A DNA stretch of 64,000 bases from Orbicella franksi. Lineage: Eukaryota. The translations under genes were made by a program, and so were the position numbers. Below the pieces are notes generated by a model. That model saw only the letters and a list, made by a program, of their open reading frames with translations. It was not told where the DNA came from and searched no databases. The first letter of the stretch is position 1. Each line of letters opens with the position of its first letter. The stretch spans positions 19,964,001 through 20,028,000 of the forward strand of contig OZ116700.1 in the NCBI GenBank assembly GCA_964199315.1, written 5' to 3'. This document shows, piece after piece, positions 10,711 through 23,699 of this stretch.

Positions 10711-13700
10711 CAGGGGTGTAGCGTGGGATTTTGATGATGTACGCACGAGTATAAATTTTTTTCTAAGGGGTCTGGGGGCATGCTCCCCCAGAAAATTTTG
10801 AAATTTAGGGTCTTGGAAATGTCATTTCCTGGTTTTTCTGTGGGGCATTTTCAATAAATAATGTAGCAAAAATGCAGTAGAAAGTTGTTTATTTTAACCA
10901 TTTCTCTAGTGTTTTCTGTAAGCTACAGTGTTACGAAAAGAAAAAAAAATACATAGACGGAGACAGGTCATAAGCAAAGGGCGAGGCGTCGACCCTTAAG
11001 ACAGGCAAACTCCGTTACGAAACTGTCAATATCCACATTCTTGTGTTTATGTATATGAAGTATTGCTAGGGAGCTCAATCGTTCGTCCGTCATCGTACCT
11101 CGCAGAGGAGATTTTAGTCTCTTCATACTACTGAAGCTGCATTCGGCAGTGCATGTTGACACAGGGTATGTTAACAATGTTACGAGAGCAACATATACAC
11201 TGGGATAAAATTGGGAGTTTGCATGGTCAAGAGTCTCAACCAAAGTCTGCGGCGTCACATTTGGATCCATGCTACTCCATTTGTGCTTCCATCTTGTGAC
11301 TTCGGTTTTAAACTCATCCTCAGAGATTCCCATGTCACTGCCGTAATAGCTGAATATATCAGCAATGGCTCTTTCTGTTAGAGCGATGAGCTTCCCTGTA
11401 ATTATATTTAGAATTGAATAAGACTAAATTACTCTATGCTAACACTATACGAGCAGTAGGTGATCTTTTTAAGGTTAGTAGGATAACTATTTGTAGTGAT
11501 CCGTTGCGTGGTTTCGTTTTTGCCTTCTGGCCACTAATTTAGTATTCAAATTGTCAACGTTTTTTGCTTTATTGTCATGTGTTTGTATAGGGTAATAAAT
11601 AGATAACTAGATTTCCTTACCAGGAATAAGAAGCTGCACTTGGAAGCCAGGAAGGGGTTTCACCAACTGCTCATCAAGCTCGTTGACAAGGTGATCTAAG
11701 AAGGGAAGATACAGACTCCTCTTCCAATATGCAGATGGTGTGCCAGCTTCGACGTTGCGATGTTCCTGCCTTCCTGTCGTCCTGGGAACACATGGTTGGA
11801 TTTCTAGACTTCTGCAATGGATGTCGCCTTTTCCACCAAGGCATCCCAAACGCTGTCATCGCTTCTCTCTGCTCACAAGACTGATACACAGACTCTGACC
11901 TCCTCTGATGCCTGGAGTAATTCGAATTCAGGGCTCTAGTAAAGAAAACCTGGAATGTTTAAAAGGCAGGCAAAACATTGGAAATTCTAATTGGTGACCT
12001 AACTCAAATCATTAACCCCGACTCATTAACAATAAGGAAGCTGTAGGGACAAGTTGTTGGGATCATAGACAGGGATGACCAATATACGAGATCACAGCTG
12101 GTCATGTGCTAAGAAACTGCTCAGAGCTTCAGGTGGCCCAAAGCACTTTTCAAGCGGCACAATTTTGGAGAAGCCAGTGCCAATGTTGTACAAAAAGTAT
12201 TGCGACGTTACACTGACCTGAAGATGCAGTGATAATCGGTGAGTATATTTAAATATGTGCTGAAGAACAACTGATGTTATTATAAAATCCCATTTAAGAA
12301 TAGATGTGCATAATCCCCTGGCCTTGCTGTCGCCGCCTTCACTCAATTGCTGAAGGGTATCAACGATAACCTGAAAGATATTAGATGAGATTAATTGCAT
12401 TACATAGCCAATGATGTTTATTAAACGATAGTCAGAGCTTACTACCTAATGTCTTCTACTATGGTTCTATTTTTCAGTACAGGACCTGTACATTGTAAGT
12501 TAAGTCAGTACAAATTCAAGGATCTACCTGAAATGAGGTGACAAACACATCCAAACAGTCGGCACGAGATGCCCAACGTGTTTCACAGAGTACCTTTAGC
12601 TTCGATCTTCTGCCCATCTCTTCCCGTACAGCAGCGTTGTTCCCTAACTGTTCTTCGAACACGAGAAGGCGCTTGGCAGAGAACTTGAACGCCAGAGAAA
12701 CCACCTGCATTGTATCCATTATGTTTCGAACAATTGGAAGCTTAGAGGCATGAACAATGCAAAGATTTAACACATGGGCATGACAGTGGATGTAAACGGC
12801 CTTTGGGTTGACTCTGCGGACCCTTGCTTGAACCCCATTAATGTGCCCGCTCATGACACTGGCGCCATCGTAACCCTGTGCTCTCATTTTGTCAGCGGGC
12901 ACACCAATTTTGTTTAAGGCATCCAAGAACTGAGTTGCTAAAGCATCTGCAGTTGTGCCATTTTCCGCATGGACAAAAGTGAGGAAATCTTCCCGGACAT
13001 AGCGCTTGCCATCTTCCTTTTTGTCAACAAAGCGAGCACACAATGAAATTTGTTCTTTTACTCCAACATCTGTGGACTCGTCAGCGATAAATGCGTAGCA
13101 TTGTGCTTTTCTACAGTCAGCAACTATTGCATTCAAGATCTGTGAAGCTGCTATGTCCAAAATGTCATTCTGAATTTCGGGGCTTGTGTATTTTGCTGTT
13201 GGCCTTGCCTGCTCGATATGATTTCGGAGGATGGAGTTTTGCTTCGCATTAAGAGAAAGGATGGCATGGAAGTTGCTCTCCTCAGGAACATGACCTCTGA
13301 TGGGAATGTTCTGCTTACCCATCATTATCAGAACTTCGGCGATAGACTTTAATGCAAATCTATTTCACTCAATTTCCTCAACCCATTGCTGGTGCAGTTG
13401 CTGTGAAATGTTTGGCCTTCCATCACGTTGCACTGTTAAATAGGCCTGACCTCTGGCAACAGCTGAGTGGTGATCAGTATTTGCATTGTGCCTGTTAATA
13501 ACTTTGCTTATGTTTGACCAGTCGTTGGAGCGAAAGCAGTTAGACTGAGTGCCAAATAAAGCACAATAGCAGCAATACACTGTATCTGTTGAAGGGCGAT
13601 ATCGAAGCCATGGGGTCTTAGTTATCCAGGTTGGGCTGAATTTTCAGTTTTTGACGCTTATTCTCCTGAAAGATACAAGACAACGAGTTCTTCACCAATA

Positions 13701-15028
13701 ATTAAAAAAACGACACAAAAAAAAAAACTGTAAGGGAGTGAGTCTGAGAGTAGTCTTGCCAAAACATTTTAACATTTTCATGTATTGTTAAATAAAGATT
13801 TTTATTATCACAAGCTCATCCATGGATGGTGCTGGAAACGATATCAATTATTATCTATCGTGCAACAGGAAGTGAATACCTTGACGGGAATGCGTACTTG
13901 TGAAGATCACTACTTTCCCATTTGCCCTCCAATAAGGACATCTTTTCACTATCAGACAACGTGGATGCTGCTTTCCCTTCAACGTAAACATCGGGATATT
14001 CTGGGCCGCTTGTCACCAACCTGCCTGTGGCACTGGCTTCAGAAGAGTCGCTTTGTCTTGCAGTAGTTGTTTGGGTAAAAATGTTGCTCGGAGGGTCTGC
14101 TTCTAACGAACGTAAACAAAAGAAGTAATCGATCACGAGTTGAGCTACTGACTGTGTACTCGTTCTTTTTGGATCTATTTCGTATTGTCCACAGCTTTAA
14201 AATTTGCAACCCCGCTCTACCCTCTACCGCTAACAAAAAAAAATGTTGAAAATTCAAATCCCGGTAACTTGTCACTCAATGCATCCACAATTAGTGAAAC
14301 ATAATTAAAAACAGATGTCGTCCCTATCAAAATATTCTCGAAAATATTGAACAGAAAATTATCTTGAACAGTTATTTTATTGAACTGAAATAGATAATAT
14401 AAGCCTACGTACCTTGAGCTTCTTCTGCACGTTGCTCAGTTGTCTTGTTAATTACGTTTAAGTAATCGTGTATCGATTTTCGAGCCATATGTGTGTACTC
14501 TGTGTCACGAAACACACGAAAACACCACAGAAGCTAGTAATCACGCTCCTCAAGTCGCAGAGATATTCATTGTATTCTCTAACAGTTTCTTCGGACAATC
14601 ACTCACTAGGGCTTCACTGTTTGACCTCGCTAGAGGTATATATTATTCCTAATCTCCATTGACGGCAAATACGTTTTGTTCTGAAGCCACACGTCATGGC
14701 ATAGTAACCTCTCCTTCAAGAATACCTGCAGGGCTGGGGAAACTGGTGAGGCTGGATGACCTTGAGGGAGGGGTACATGAGGCGTTTTTTTTTCTATTTT
14801 TACTTACCAGTCCACTCGAATGCATCTTGTCATCAGCACTGAATGATTAATGCTTGGATAAAGGGAAATCTAATAAAAAACGCCAGTATAATTTGACAAA
14901 ATGAAATATGAAATTATCAGCCAGCAACTTTAATGAGAAAAAACGTTTTTAAGCAATTCCAAAAAAAAATTTCTCAGATGTCAGCTGTACGCACGGGCGT
15001 ACGTGCGTATATGGACGCTACGCCCCTG
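10711..15028 (-). mobile_element. hAT DNA transposon, full length (4318 bp)
   Basis: 14-bp TIRs CAGGGGTGTAGCGT (10711) and ACGCTACGCCCCTG (ends 15028), one mismatch; internal spliced transposase. Confidence 0.92.
10968..14180 (-). pseudogene. Five-exon hAT transposase (TTF-type Zn finger, DUF4371-like core, hATC dimerisation domain) with in-frame stops
   Basis: WLRY...VYCCYCALF; IADESTD..KEQISLCARFV..VREDFLTF; RAQGYDGASVMSG..NGVQA; YIHCHAHVLNL; CETRWASR; PVSTCTAECSFSSMKRLK..LRGTMTDERLSSLAILHIH. GT-AG introns near 13885-13670, 12527-12400, 12218-11930 and 11617-11400. Premature TGA at 13365. Confidence 0.9.
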
Positions 15029-15210
15029 CTAAATGAAGTTTGTTGTTTATTTAGAAATACAAGCTACACTGTAAACTACCAGCTTATGACAACCTTAACT
15101 TTAACGTAATTTGTTTTTCATATAAAACTAATCTAAACCAAATGTAGTTTGTTGTTTATTGAGAAATACTAACTAAACTATGCTTATGTGAACCTTAACT
15201 TTAACGTAAC
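15029..15210. repeat. AT-rich minisatellite-like repeat, right half
   Basis: Same units as 10540-10710, e.g. AACCTTAACTTTAACGTAA at ~15091 and ~15191. Confidence 0.8.
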
Positions 15211-15916
15211 TGGACCTCCCTTGTGCAAAATCAAGGTAAAAATTTTGAAATAAAATGTGTGAAGAAGGTTAAGGGTAAGTAAACGTTCTCTCTTCCTAGA
15301 TATCCAACTTGAACTAGGATCCTTAAGCCAAAGCTAGCTTGTATTGACAGGCTTTATGCTTCCTAAACTTTGGTCCTGATGGAGTATCATTCATTTTGCT
15401 GCATATCGGCTTTTCATATGCTTAGCTTAATGATTGCAACCCGAAGTTACAAAATTTAGCTGGCAAATGACCTGGAAAGCTAAAGAGCACTTTGTAAAAC
15501 TTTGGCGAGAAAGGTCCACATTAAATTTCTAGATCTGTAAGCAAGATTCTGTGCTATCTGTTTCGTAATCGGTTATGGCAATAATGATTTGAAGGTACAC
15601 CTGTGTACTTGTGTAAAAACCAAGTGCATTAAGTACTTTGATGTGCACTTTTTTGCTTCTGATTTATTTTTAAGTTCTATCAACCTTTTAATTTTTTTCC
15701 CTGTGGTCATTTCCATTTGGTGTGATTTTGCTTCTATATACTTTCTGAGTGGTGGCAAATAGTCGTCCCACCTGAAGCGAAACCAAACAAATCGAAAACA
15801 TATAAACAGTGTACGAGTTTTCTTGCAGGTATTAGTGGTTTCGTGTGATAATCGTCTGATTGAAGATCAAATAAAGACATACAAATGTATGTTGTTTGGC
15901 AAGTTGCACTATTGGT

Positions 15917-16537
15917 TCATTTACAATGATTTAACCTTCTCTCGTATTTCAGACGATTAATTAATTGCTTTATGGTGAACTCGCGTAAATCTTTGCCCTC
16001 CTCACCTTTGCTAAGCAAGTCCTTGACCACAGTTTGTGAAATGATGCCTGATGTCACCATGCTGCTGCATACTTTAAGAAGGTATTTCCTGTGATCATCA
16101 GTAAAGATATTCCTAGTCAAATAGCTTGAGTTTGATGGAGGCACCATCGATACACTGCTCTCTTCACTTGAAAAGTAGTGGGACATTTTGTCAGATAAAG
16201 TGTCACTTTCTTTGGGCAATTTAGCTTAGGGTTGGCCGTCATCCATATCTGAATGTTGTTAGCTGGTGCTGTTGCCAGAGTGCCACTCACTGCGAACCTT
16301 ATCATACACCTTTCTCGGCTCCAGATGACAGAGTGTAGGATGGCCTTGAATCTTGTCTGTGACAACTGTCAGGTTTAGTGATTTTGTTTCAATTTCTTTA
16401 GAAAAGACATCCTTTAAGGTGCGTCTTCTAGCGGTGGCAAGGTTCGGGTTACAAGTGAAAGGGTAAGTAAACATTTTTGGCATGAATTTTTTTACCTGAT
16501 TTAAAAATTTTTTCTTACTCATTCTGTGGAAAGGCAA
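15917..16537 (-). pseudogene. Frameshifted C-terminal ORF fragment resembling the tail of cnidarian Crypton-like (tyrosine recombinase) proteins
   Basis: VFSKEIETKSLNLTVVTDKIQGHPTL...RKVYDKVRSEW and RNIFT...SMVTSGIISQ..VKDLL..GEEGKDL.EFTIKQLINRLKYERR recall such proteins from memory. No catalytic YR residues visible. Confidence 0.4.
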
Positions 16538-16743
16538 TGAATTATAGACTAATTTAATGCAATAAAAGAGGTACCTTACGGTGCTTGTTTAAGAAAAACA
16601 AGCATTTATTTTGCTGTCAAGCTTGGCATGCGTGGGCTGGCAGACAGCGGCCACGTTTTCTTTTGAAGGAAGGTGTCTTCCCTCAAAACTCTTCAGAATC
16701 AGTCGAAAAAGCCCAGCAACAGCATGAAAGTGGTGTAAAAGAT

Positions 16744-17604
16744 ATGCCCCCTAACAGGACAGGTGGTGAAAACAAGCGAGGGGAAAGAGGTTACACTGAC
16801 GACGAAATTGCAGATCCTAAACGTGTCAACATGGCGTCCGCAGACTTTCAGCCTGTAGATGCAGTGGAGCGGGAAGACGACCAACCTGACCTCCCAGATA
16901 TCTGTGCAATACTGAAAGATCTTCTAAAATCAAAGGACAAACTTTCTAATGAAGTTGTGGAGCTAGAAACCTTGTTCAACCAACAGGAATCTGAGCTAAG
17001 AAATGGCAAAGAATCACTAAATGCAGCACTCAAGGGCAATGACGAACTCAAATTGGAATTGAAAACGACTAAACAACAGGTGAAAGAGCAGGAAGAAGAA
17101 ATCGATGAGCTTTAGGAAAATATGGACACGCTCAAACAGTATACAAGAAAAAATTCCCTTGAGATTGAGAGCATTCCTGAGAATGTTTGCAATGACAAAG
17201 ATGCAGTTTTGAAAGTCGCAGAAGCCCTGAACATCAACGTTAAGCAAGAAAATATCGACATCTGTCATAGGATCAAAAGAAAAAAGACAAAGCCTATCAT
17301 AGCAAGATTTATTAGCCACAAAGTTAAGAGGGCACTCTAGAAGCAACAAGTTCAACTAAGGAATGTCAGTTTCTCACAACTCTTCCTGAGCACATATGCA
17401 GCAGCAAGGGCCTCATCAAACCGCATATTTATTAACTAGAATTTGACAACACACCGGCGAAACCTGGTGCAGATTGCCAACGGAAGGAAGGAAGATAGAT
17501 TACTTAAAGGAGTGTGGACTGTAGACAGAAAAATCTTTGTCAAGACTTCACCTGAGGGTGGGCTGATCCGAATTAATACAGAGGATGATTTAAATAATCT
17601 TTAG
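16744..17604 (+). pseudogene. L1 ORF1 (coiled coil plus RRM-like), disrupted
   Basis: LKQYTRKNSLEIESIPE...IDICHRI...PIIARFISHKVK...IFIN.NLT...VWTVD.KIFVK; stops at 17113 and later. Confidence 0.88.
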
Positions 17605-17800
17605 GTCAATATAGATTGCTGGTAGGTTGCCACCAGTACTGGAAATATGTAGTAGATGAGGGAAGTCTCAAGGTGGTCTAAGAAAGCATAGCAAGAAGCT
17701 TAATCTCTTTAATTTTTCTTTAGTTTATTTAGTGGAACTAGCGTTTGTTGTTATTTTTATTTTTTGTGTCTGTTTTTCCAAACTACACAATTACATTCCA

Positions 17801-18311
17801 ATGCAAAGTAACTTAATGTGCAGTCATCTCACTCAACGTAAGGGGAATACGCGATCAAGCAAAGAGAAGGAGCATCTTTTCATATTTAAAAGATGAAAAG
17901 GCAAGCATTTACTTTCTTCAGGAAACTTTCTCTGAACTAAAAGACGAAACAATTTGGCAAAACGAATGGGGAGGCAAAATGTATTTCTCCCATGGGTCTC
18001 AATTCAGCAAAGGCACTTGCATATTAACAGACCCTTCAATAAGCTATAATGTACAATACTCCTTTAGTAACAATTTAGGAAGAACTGTTCTCATTACAGT
18101 CAATATAAATGGGCAGAAAGTTTCATTCTGCAATATCTATGCACCAAATAATTCATTGGAGCAATTAGAATTTATCCAAGAACTCAACAATTGCATCATT
18201 GATAAATCTGAATTGACCAACCTCATTGTTGGAGGTGATTGGAACTGCACATTAACAAAAAAAGATAAAAAAAAGGTGGAGCACCGTGGAAACCAACACA
18301 ATTCAGGCATT
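17801..18311 (+). pseudogene. L1 ORF2, N-terminal half of APE endonuclease
   Basis: ISLNVRGIRDQAKRRSIF, FLQETFS, SHGSQFSKGTCIL, NIYAPN, IVGGDWN. Confidence 0.9.
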
Positions 18312-18654
18312 TTTTTTTTAATAAAGAACATTTTTTATTGTTATTACAACACAAAAATCTTACAATACTTACAATAGAAACATTAACTACAACACAAGTA
18401 TTTACACCTTACGCTAATTACAGTACATTTACTTACACACATGCAATTATTAATCGTCACTCTTTTTACAATCACTAAATTAAACAAATTAATTCTGATA
18501 TCTAAACTTAATCTCACTACAGTATCACTTTTAAGATATTAACATATTTTTTACATTTTTTAGCAATTACAAACGAGACAAATTAAAGAAATAACAGTTG
18601 CAAGGAAAATTTCGGACGTTTTGATATTTAAGAGGAGAGGCATTGTTTTCTTAC

Positions 18655-21600
18655 TCAGGAGGAAATTTTTCTAGCCTGTATCTATACCTGATTTTGTTAG
18701 TGAAGTCTGGAAGGAGTAACGCATCCTCATTTAATTTTCTAGTGTATATATAACGATGCATGAACAAGAGAGTATAATTAAACCGCTTTGTCAACAGTAG
18801 ATTTTTTGTTGTGAGTACCAAATAAAAGTTCTACAGTAGTTGGATTGAAGTGAGTATTGTTGACATCATTAAACCAATTCAAACAGCTTTTAATGAAGTT
18901 TCCGGTGAATTGACATTCAAGAAAGGTGTGGTCAATAGAGTCTTTCTCCACAGTAGAGACAATCACTGTTAGTTTTGATCCCAAATCTAAGGAGTTCTTT
19001 CTTTGTTACAATAATTCTATGAATAAATTTGAAATGGAATTCTTTTAATCTGTTTTCCTTACAAATTATTCAAATTGATTTGAAAATATTATTCCAGTCT
19101 TCCTCTTTTAAAGTTACTGTGGAATCCCATCTTTTTGGACCAGTTTGTTTAGCAGTGTATGTCTTGTTAATAAGAAGCCAATAAAAGTCTTTTGATTTTG
19201 CGTTCAAGAGGTTAATTACTAGCCCATTTCCTAAAAGAAAGGACCATGGATCATCGAAATTGGTCAACACTGACGACTCCAAAGTTCGTGACTTCAGAAA
19301 AAGATATTTTGGGATAGCGTCAATAACCTGGTAAAACTTGAGAAAGTTGGTTCTAGTTAATCGATATTTCACTTGAAAGTCACTAAAAGATAGGAAACGG
19401 CCATTATCATCTAAGAGATCCTGGATTTCGCATATGCCTTTAAAGAACCACTCCTTGTTAAAGAAAGGTTTGCCACCAATTAGGATTTCTTTATTGTTGA
19501 AAAGAACGGTATCATGGGGGCTATCCTCGGAAGAGAGATTTATAAGCTCGCTAAAGGCTTTTAACGCATCTTTGTAAAAGTTTGGAAGATCATCTAAAAA
19601 CCTGACACAATAATTGCAATTAAGGAGAGATCTTAGACCTCCCCAACTTCTAAAACAGTGATCCGGTACTGTCCTCCAGTTATGGAGCCTGCCCTTTAGA
19701 AGCCTTGGGATCCAAGCCAAATGTAATGATTTTATCATTGTTTCAACATCCAACATACGCAATCCACCTTTGTTGGGTCTTGGTAAAGACCTGCACGTTT
19801 GATTCTGTCTGGTTTGTTTCTCCACAAAAATTTAAATAGCCGTCCCTTTACATTATTGATGACATCCTTTGGAACGTCAACATTCGAAGAGGAATAGACA
19901 AGAGGCGAGATCCCTAGAGATTTTATTATCAGTACCTTTCCAAATAAGGCCAAGTCTCTGGATCTCCATATGTCAAGATTCATTTGGAGTTTTTGTATTT
20001 TAAGATTGAAGTTGTAATGCTCATTGCCTTTTATGTCATATGATAAATATATACCTAAAATCCTCACTGGACAATGCACCCATTTGAGATTTAACGGGTT
20101 GTTTAGGTTGTTGGCCCACCTTCCAAGCCACATAGCTTTAGTTTTATCAATATTAAGTTTTAAACCAGAGATCTTGCCAAATTCTCCTAAAAGTAACAAA
20201 GCATTCTCCACTGATGGCAGGTCTGCGCAAAAGAGATTTGTATCATCTGCGAACTGACTCACTTTGATTTCATTATTGCAGAGAGTAATTCCTTTTACAT
20301 TCTCACTTTGCCTGATTTTACTCAACATTAATTCTGCTGTAAGTATAAAAAGAAAAGGAGATAGGGGGCAACCTTGTCTTAACCCAGATGTGGGTTTAAT
20401 CCAGTTAGTAGAAAATCCATTGTTAAGAATTGTGCTCTCTACATCTGGGAAAAAACATTCACCCATCTTCTTAAATTTGGTCCAAAATTAAAAATCTCTG
20501 ATGCGTAATGTATGAGTGGCCATTCCAAAGTGTCGAAAGCTTTGCGGAAGTCGAGTGATAATAAAATGCCGGTAGTTTGATCTTTTTTTGTTTGTTCCAT
20601 TAGATCACTGATAAGTCTAATATTCTCCCCAATATATGTACCTTTTATAAATCCAGTTTGATCGGAGTGTATCAGACTTGGAAGTACGGGTTCCATTCTT
20701 TTGGCTATGGCTTTCAAAGCTATTTTGTAATCTACATTTAGCAACATAATTGGCCTCCAGTTTTTGAGATTCAATAACGATTCTTCCTGTTTTGGTATTA
20801 GAGTTATTGCACCTCTATGTTGTGAGATCGATAATTGACCCTTATCATGAGCAGTATTCAGACAATCAACGAGATCCCTACCTCTGATGTCAAAAAAATT
20901 TCTATAGAATTCTGCTGTGAAACCATCCTCACCCGGTGACGTTCCATCCTTAAAGGTTTGGAGTATCTCTTTACATTCATCGTAAGTCAATTCGCCTTCA
21001 AGTTGGTCGCGTTCATCATCCGTTAATTTTGGAATTTCTAAATTGTGAGTAAATTGATCAAATTCAAGTTGAGTTGCTAAACTCTTGGATGTGTAAAGCT
21101 CCTTATAATAAGACTCTATTGCTGACAGGATCTGTTTTTCATCGACAATAACCTGACTGTCTTCCAATTCAAGTTCCATAATTATCTTCTTGTTGTAATT
21201 TCTCTTCTCTAGATTAAAGAAGTAAGTTGTTGGGCGCTCTCCAACCAGCGACACTTAGATCTGAACATTGCTGCTTTCCCTTTGCATTCAAACAGCTCTT
21301 GTAGCTCCTTTTTGAGATCATCATACAGTTTTAATTCACGGTCAATGTTCTGAAGATCACTACTATCACAGATTATAGCATCAAGGGTGTCTAACTGCTG
21401 CTTGACTTCAAGCTCTCGCGTGTTTATGATCTTCAATTTTGCCTTGGCGAAAGCGATAGTTATTGATCTAATTTCCATTTTAAAGAGCTCCCAAAAAATC
21501 TGTTTGTCATGGACGTCCGAGTACTTTTGATGTAATTGAGGATAGCTGTCGTGAATATTTTTGATATAATCTTCATCCTGAAACAATATGTTATTAAATT

Positions 21601-22375
21601 TCCAGAAGCCGGGGCCTCTGGGTGTGTCCTTTGGCCAATTTAAAGATAGAAAGATCATTTTGTGATCTGGAGCGATTGATGTCTGAATGTCAACCTTTTT
21701 AACGAATTTTTTCAAATCTTTAGATAATAAAAAATAGTCTATCCTTGATTTTAAATTCAAAGCCTTCGATGTATATGAATATTTGTTGGCGTTAGGGTGC
21801 CGTTCTCTCTGAATATCAATGAGATCAAAGATATCCATTGTTATTAAAATCGCATTTCTAAAGTTCGTTGGCCTCCAAATTAAACCACCTTTTTTGTCCT
21901 TCTTCGTTAGTGTACAATTCCAATCTCCACCTACAATCAGCGTTGTGAACTCTGCTTTGTCTATCAAGCAGTTGTTAAGTTCTTGAATGAATTGCAGTTG
22001 ATCATTTGGATTATTGGGAGCGTAAATATTACAAAGTGACAGTTTAATAGTGTTGAAGCTCACCGTAATTAGCGCTATTCTACCCGCGTTGTCTGAAAAA
22101 GAATACTCTAAGTTTTCTTTCATTGATGGATCAATTAGAATGCATACCCCTTTGCTATGGCGACTGCTGTGAGATAAGATCATTCTCCCTCCCCATTCCT
22201 TTTTCCATACAGGTTCATCTTCGACCACAGAAAACGTTTCTTGAAGAAAATATAACAATGCTTTCTGATCCTTGAGGAAAGAAAATATGCTCCTCCTCTT
22301 ACTTTGGTCCCTTATGCCTCGCATGTTAAGTGAAATCAAATTACAAGTTTTCTCATTAAAATCAAGATTATTCAT
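18655..22375 (-). pseudogene. L1 ORF2 (endonuclease, reverse transcriptase, CCHC tail) with at least three frameshifts
   Basis: LISLNMRGIRD, GGDWN, RIDYFL, WKFNN; SPGEDGFTAEFY, NWRPIMLLNVDYKI, LDFRKAFD, GLRQGCPLSPFLF, SQFADDT; DSIDHTFLEC. Frame breaks near 21240, 20460 and 19800. Confidence 0.95.
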
Positions 22376-22707
22376 GGAGTGTGCAGCTATAGAAACTGCT
22401 GAGTAAGTAGTGCCAGAAAATGCAAGTTTGAGTGCAAGTACTGAAATTCAATTACGGAGAAAAAAAAAAGTAAAAAATCAAACTGACAAGCAAAACAAAA
22501 CGCACACAACTAATTTCGAGTTTTGGGCACTTACCTCTTTCGCTCCTAAAGACCTACTCCCTTTCCTCTCTTACGTATCGAAGGAAGGAAAAAAAACATG
22601 ATTATACATCCAAGCTTGTAAACATAACGAGTCGATGAGTAAACAAAGACCTGAGTAAATCAGTCAGGTAAAAAAAAATCAGAAGTTCCTAGTTTGCACT
22701 TTTAAAG

Positions 22708-23616
22708 TTAGAGATTGTCCAGGTCATCCTCTGTGACAATTCTGATTGGCGCTCCATCCGGCGAGGTTTTTACAAACACTTTTCCGTCTCTTGTCCAGAG
22801 ACTGCAAATGGTGTCGTCTTCCCGCATACTGCTTGCTTTACCAACAAGGCTACGTCAATATGCCGTCAGATTCTCGTTGATGAAGATGCGAGCTTGACCG
22901 GCTGAGGTGGCGTTGCTGAAGCTAGGAAAGACGCTTGCTATGTTGATGTTCTTTAATTTTGTTCTTTCTTTGTACAGCTCCGTTTTGATCTTGTGGCTGC
23001 TGAACTTGACAATGATGAACGTTTTTCCTTTGCGTTTGAGTTTATGTGAAATATCGATATCGTTAGGTATCATCTCAACATTCAGCGCCTTTGCTATCTC
23101 AAAGACTGCTTCGGTCGACGAATAAACATTTTCTGGTAAACCATGAATCTTGAGCGAGCTTTTCCTGCTGTACTGCTCTAATTCGTCCTGCTCCACCCAC
23201 AGTCTCGCTGTCTCCTCCTCTTGTTCTTTTAGTTTTTTCCTAGCGTGGTCCAGTTCACACTTGAGAGACGTATTTTCATTTGTCACCTTCTCCAGCGACT
23301 TCTTCAACTTGTCAAGGTCTCGCCCTTGTGACTGAAAGGATGCTTTTATCTGGGACAGTTCCTCTTTAAGGTTGATATTCTCCTTCAGGATTACCGCAAC
23401 TGATTCCTGTAGATCTGTTAAAATGTCTCTTAATTGCAGTAGTGTCGGTTCTTCTTGAGAAGCGACAGTTGTTTCGTTGTCCGCCATGTTGTCTTCGACT
23501 TGGTCTTCTGAAGTCAGTCCTGTATTTGGCTTTTTGGCGACCTTTGGTGATTCTTCTGTGGAGCCCCGATCTCCTTGTTTGTTTTTCTTGCCTTTACTTT
23601 GGCTCGACATCAACAC
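22708..23616 (-). pseudogene. L1 ORF1 with one premature TGA (22855)
   Basis: 253-aa open segment with coiled coil, ELEQYSRKSSLKIHGLPE, IDISHKL, IFINENLT; frame continues past the stop to TEDDLDNL*. Confidence 0.92.
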
Positions 23617-23699
23617 AGACTTTGAAACGGTGCTGAGGAAAGGGAAAATTTATCCCGCTCAAAAAACACATCTGCCTTCGTAGATACCACGCATGCTCT

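Larger units (their letters stand above)
18312..23699 (-). mobile_element. Full-length L1/Tx1-clade element nested antisense in the host L1 (~5.4 kb)
   Basis: 15-16 bp TSD CACAATTCAGGCATT(T) at 18297 and 23700; poly-A (T run from 18310) preceded by AATAAA-like text; ORF1 and ORF2 present. Confidence 0.95.

Noticed and set aside
10968-14180. Domesticated host gene (ZMYM1/THAP12-like)
   Set aside because: It is bounded by TIRs and has premature stops, so it is a transposon copy.
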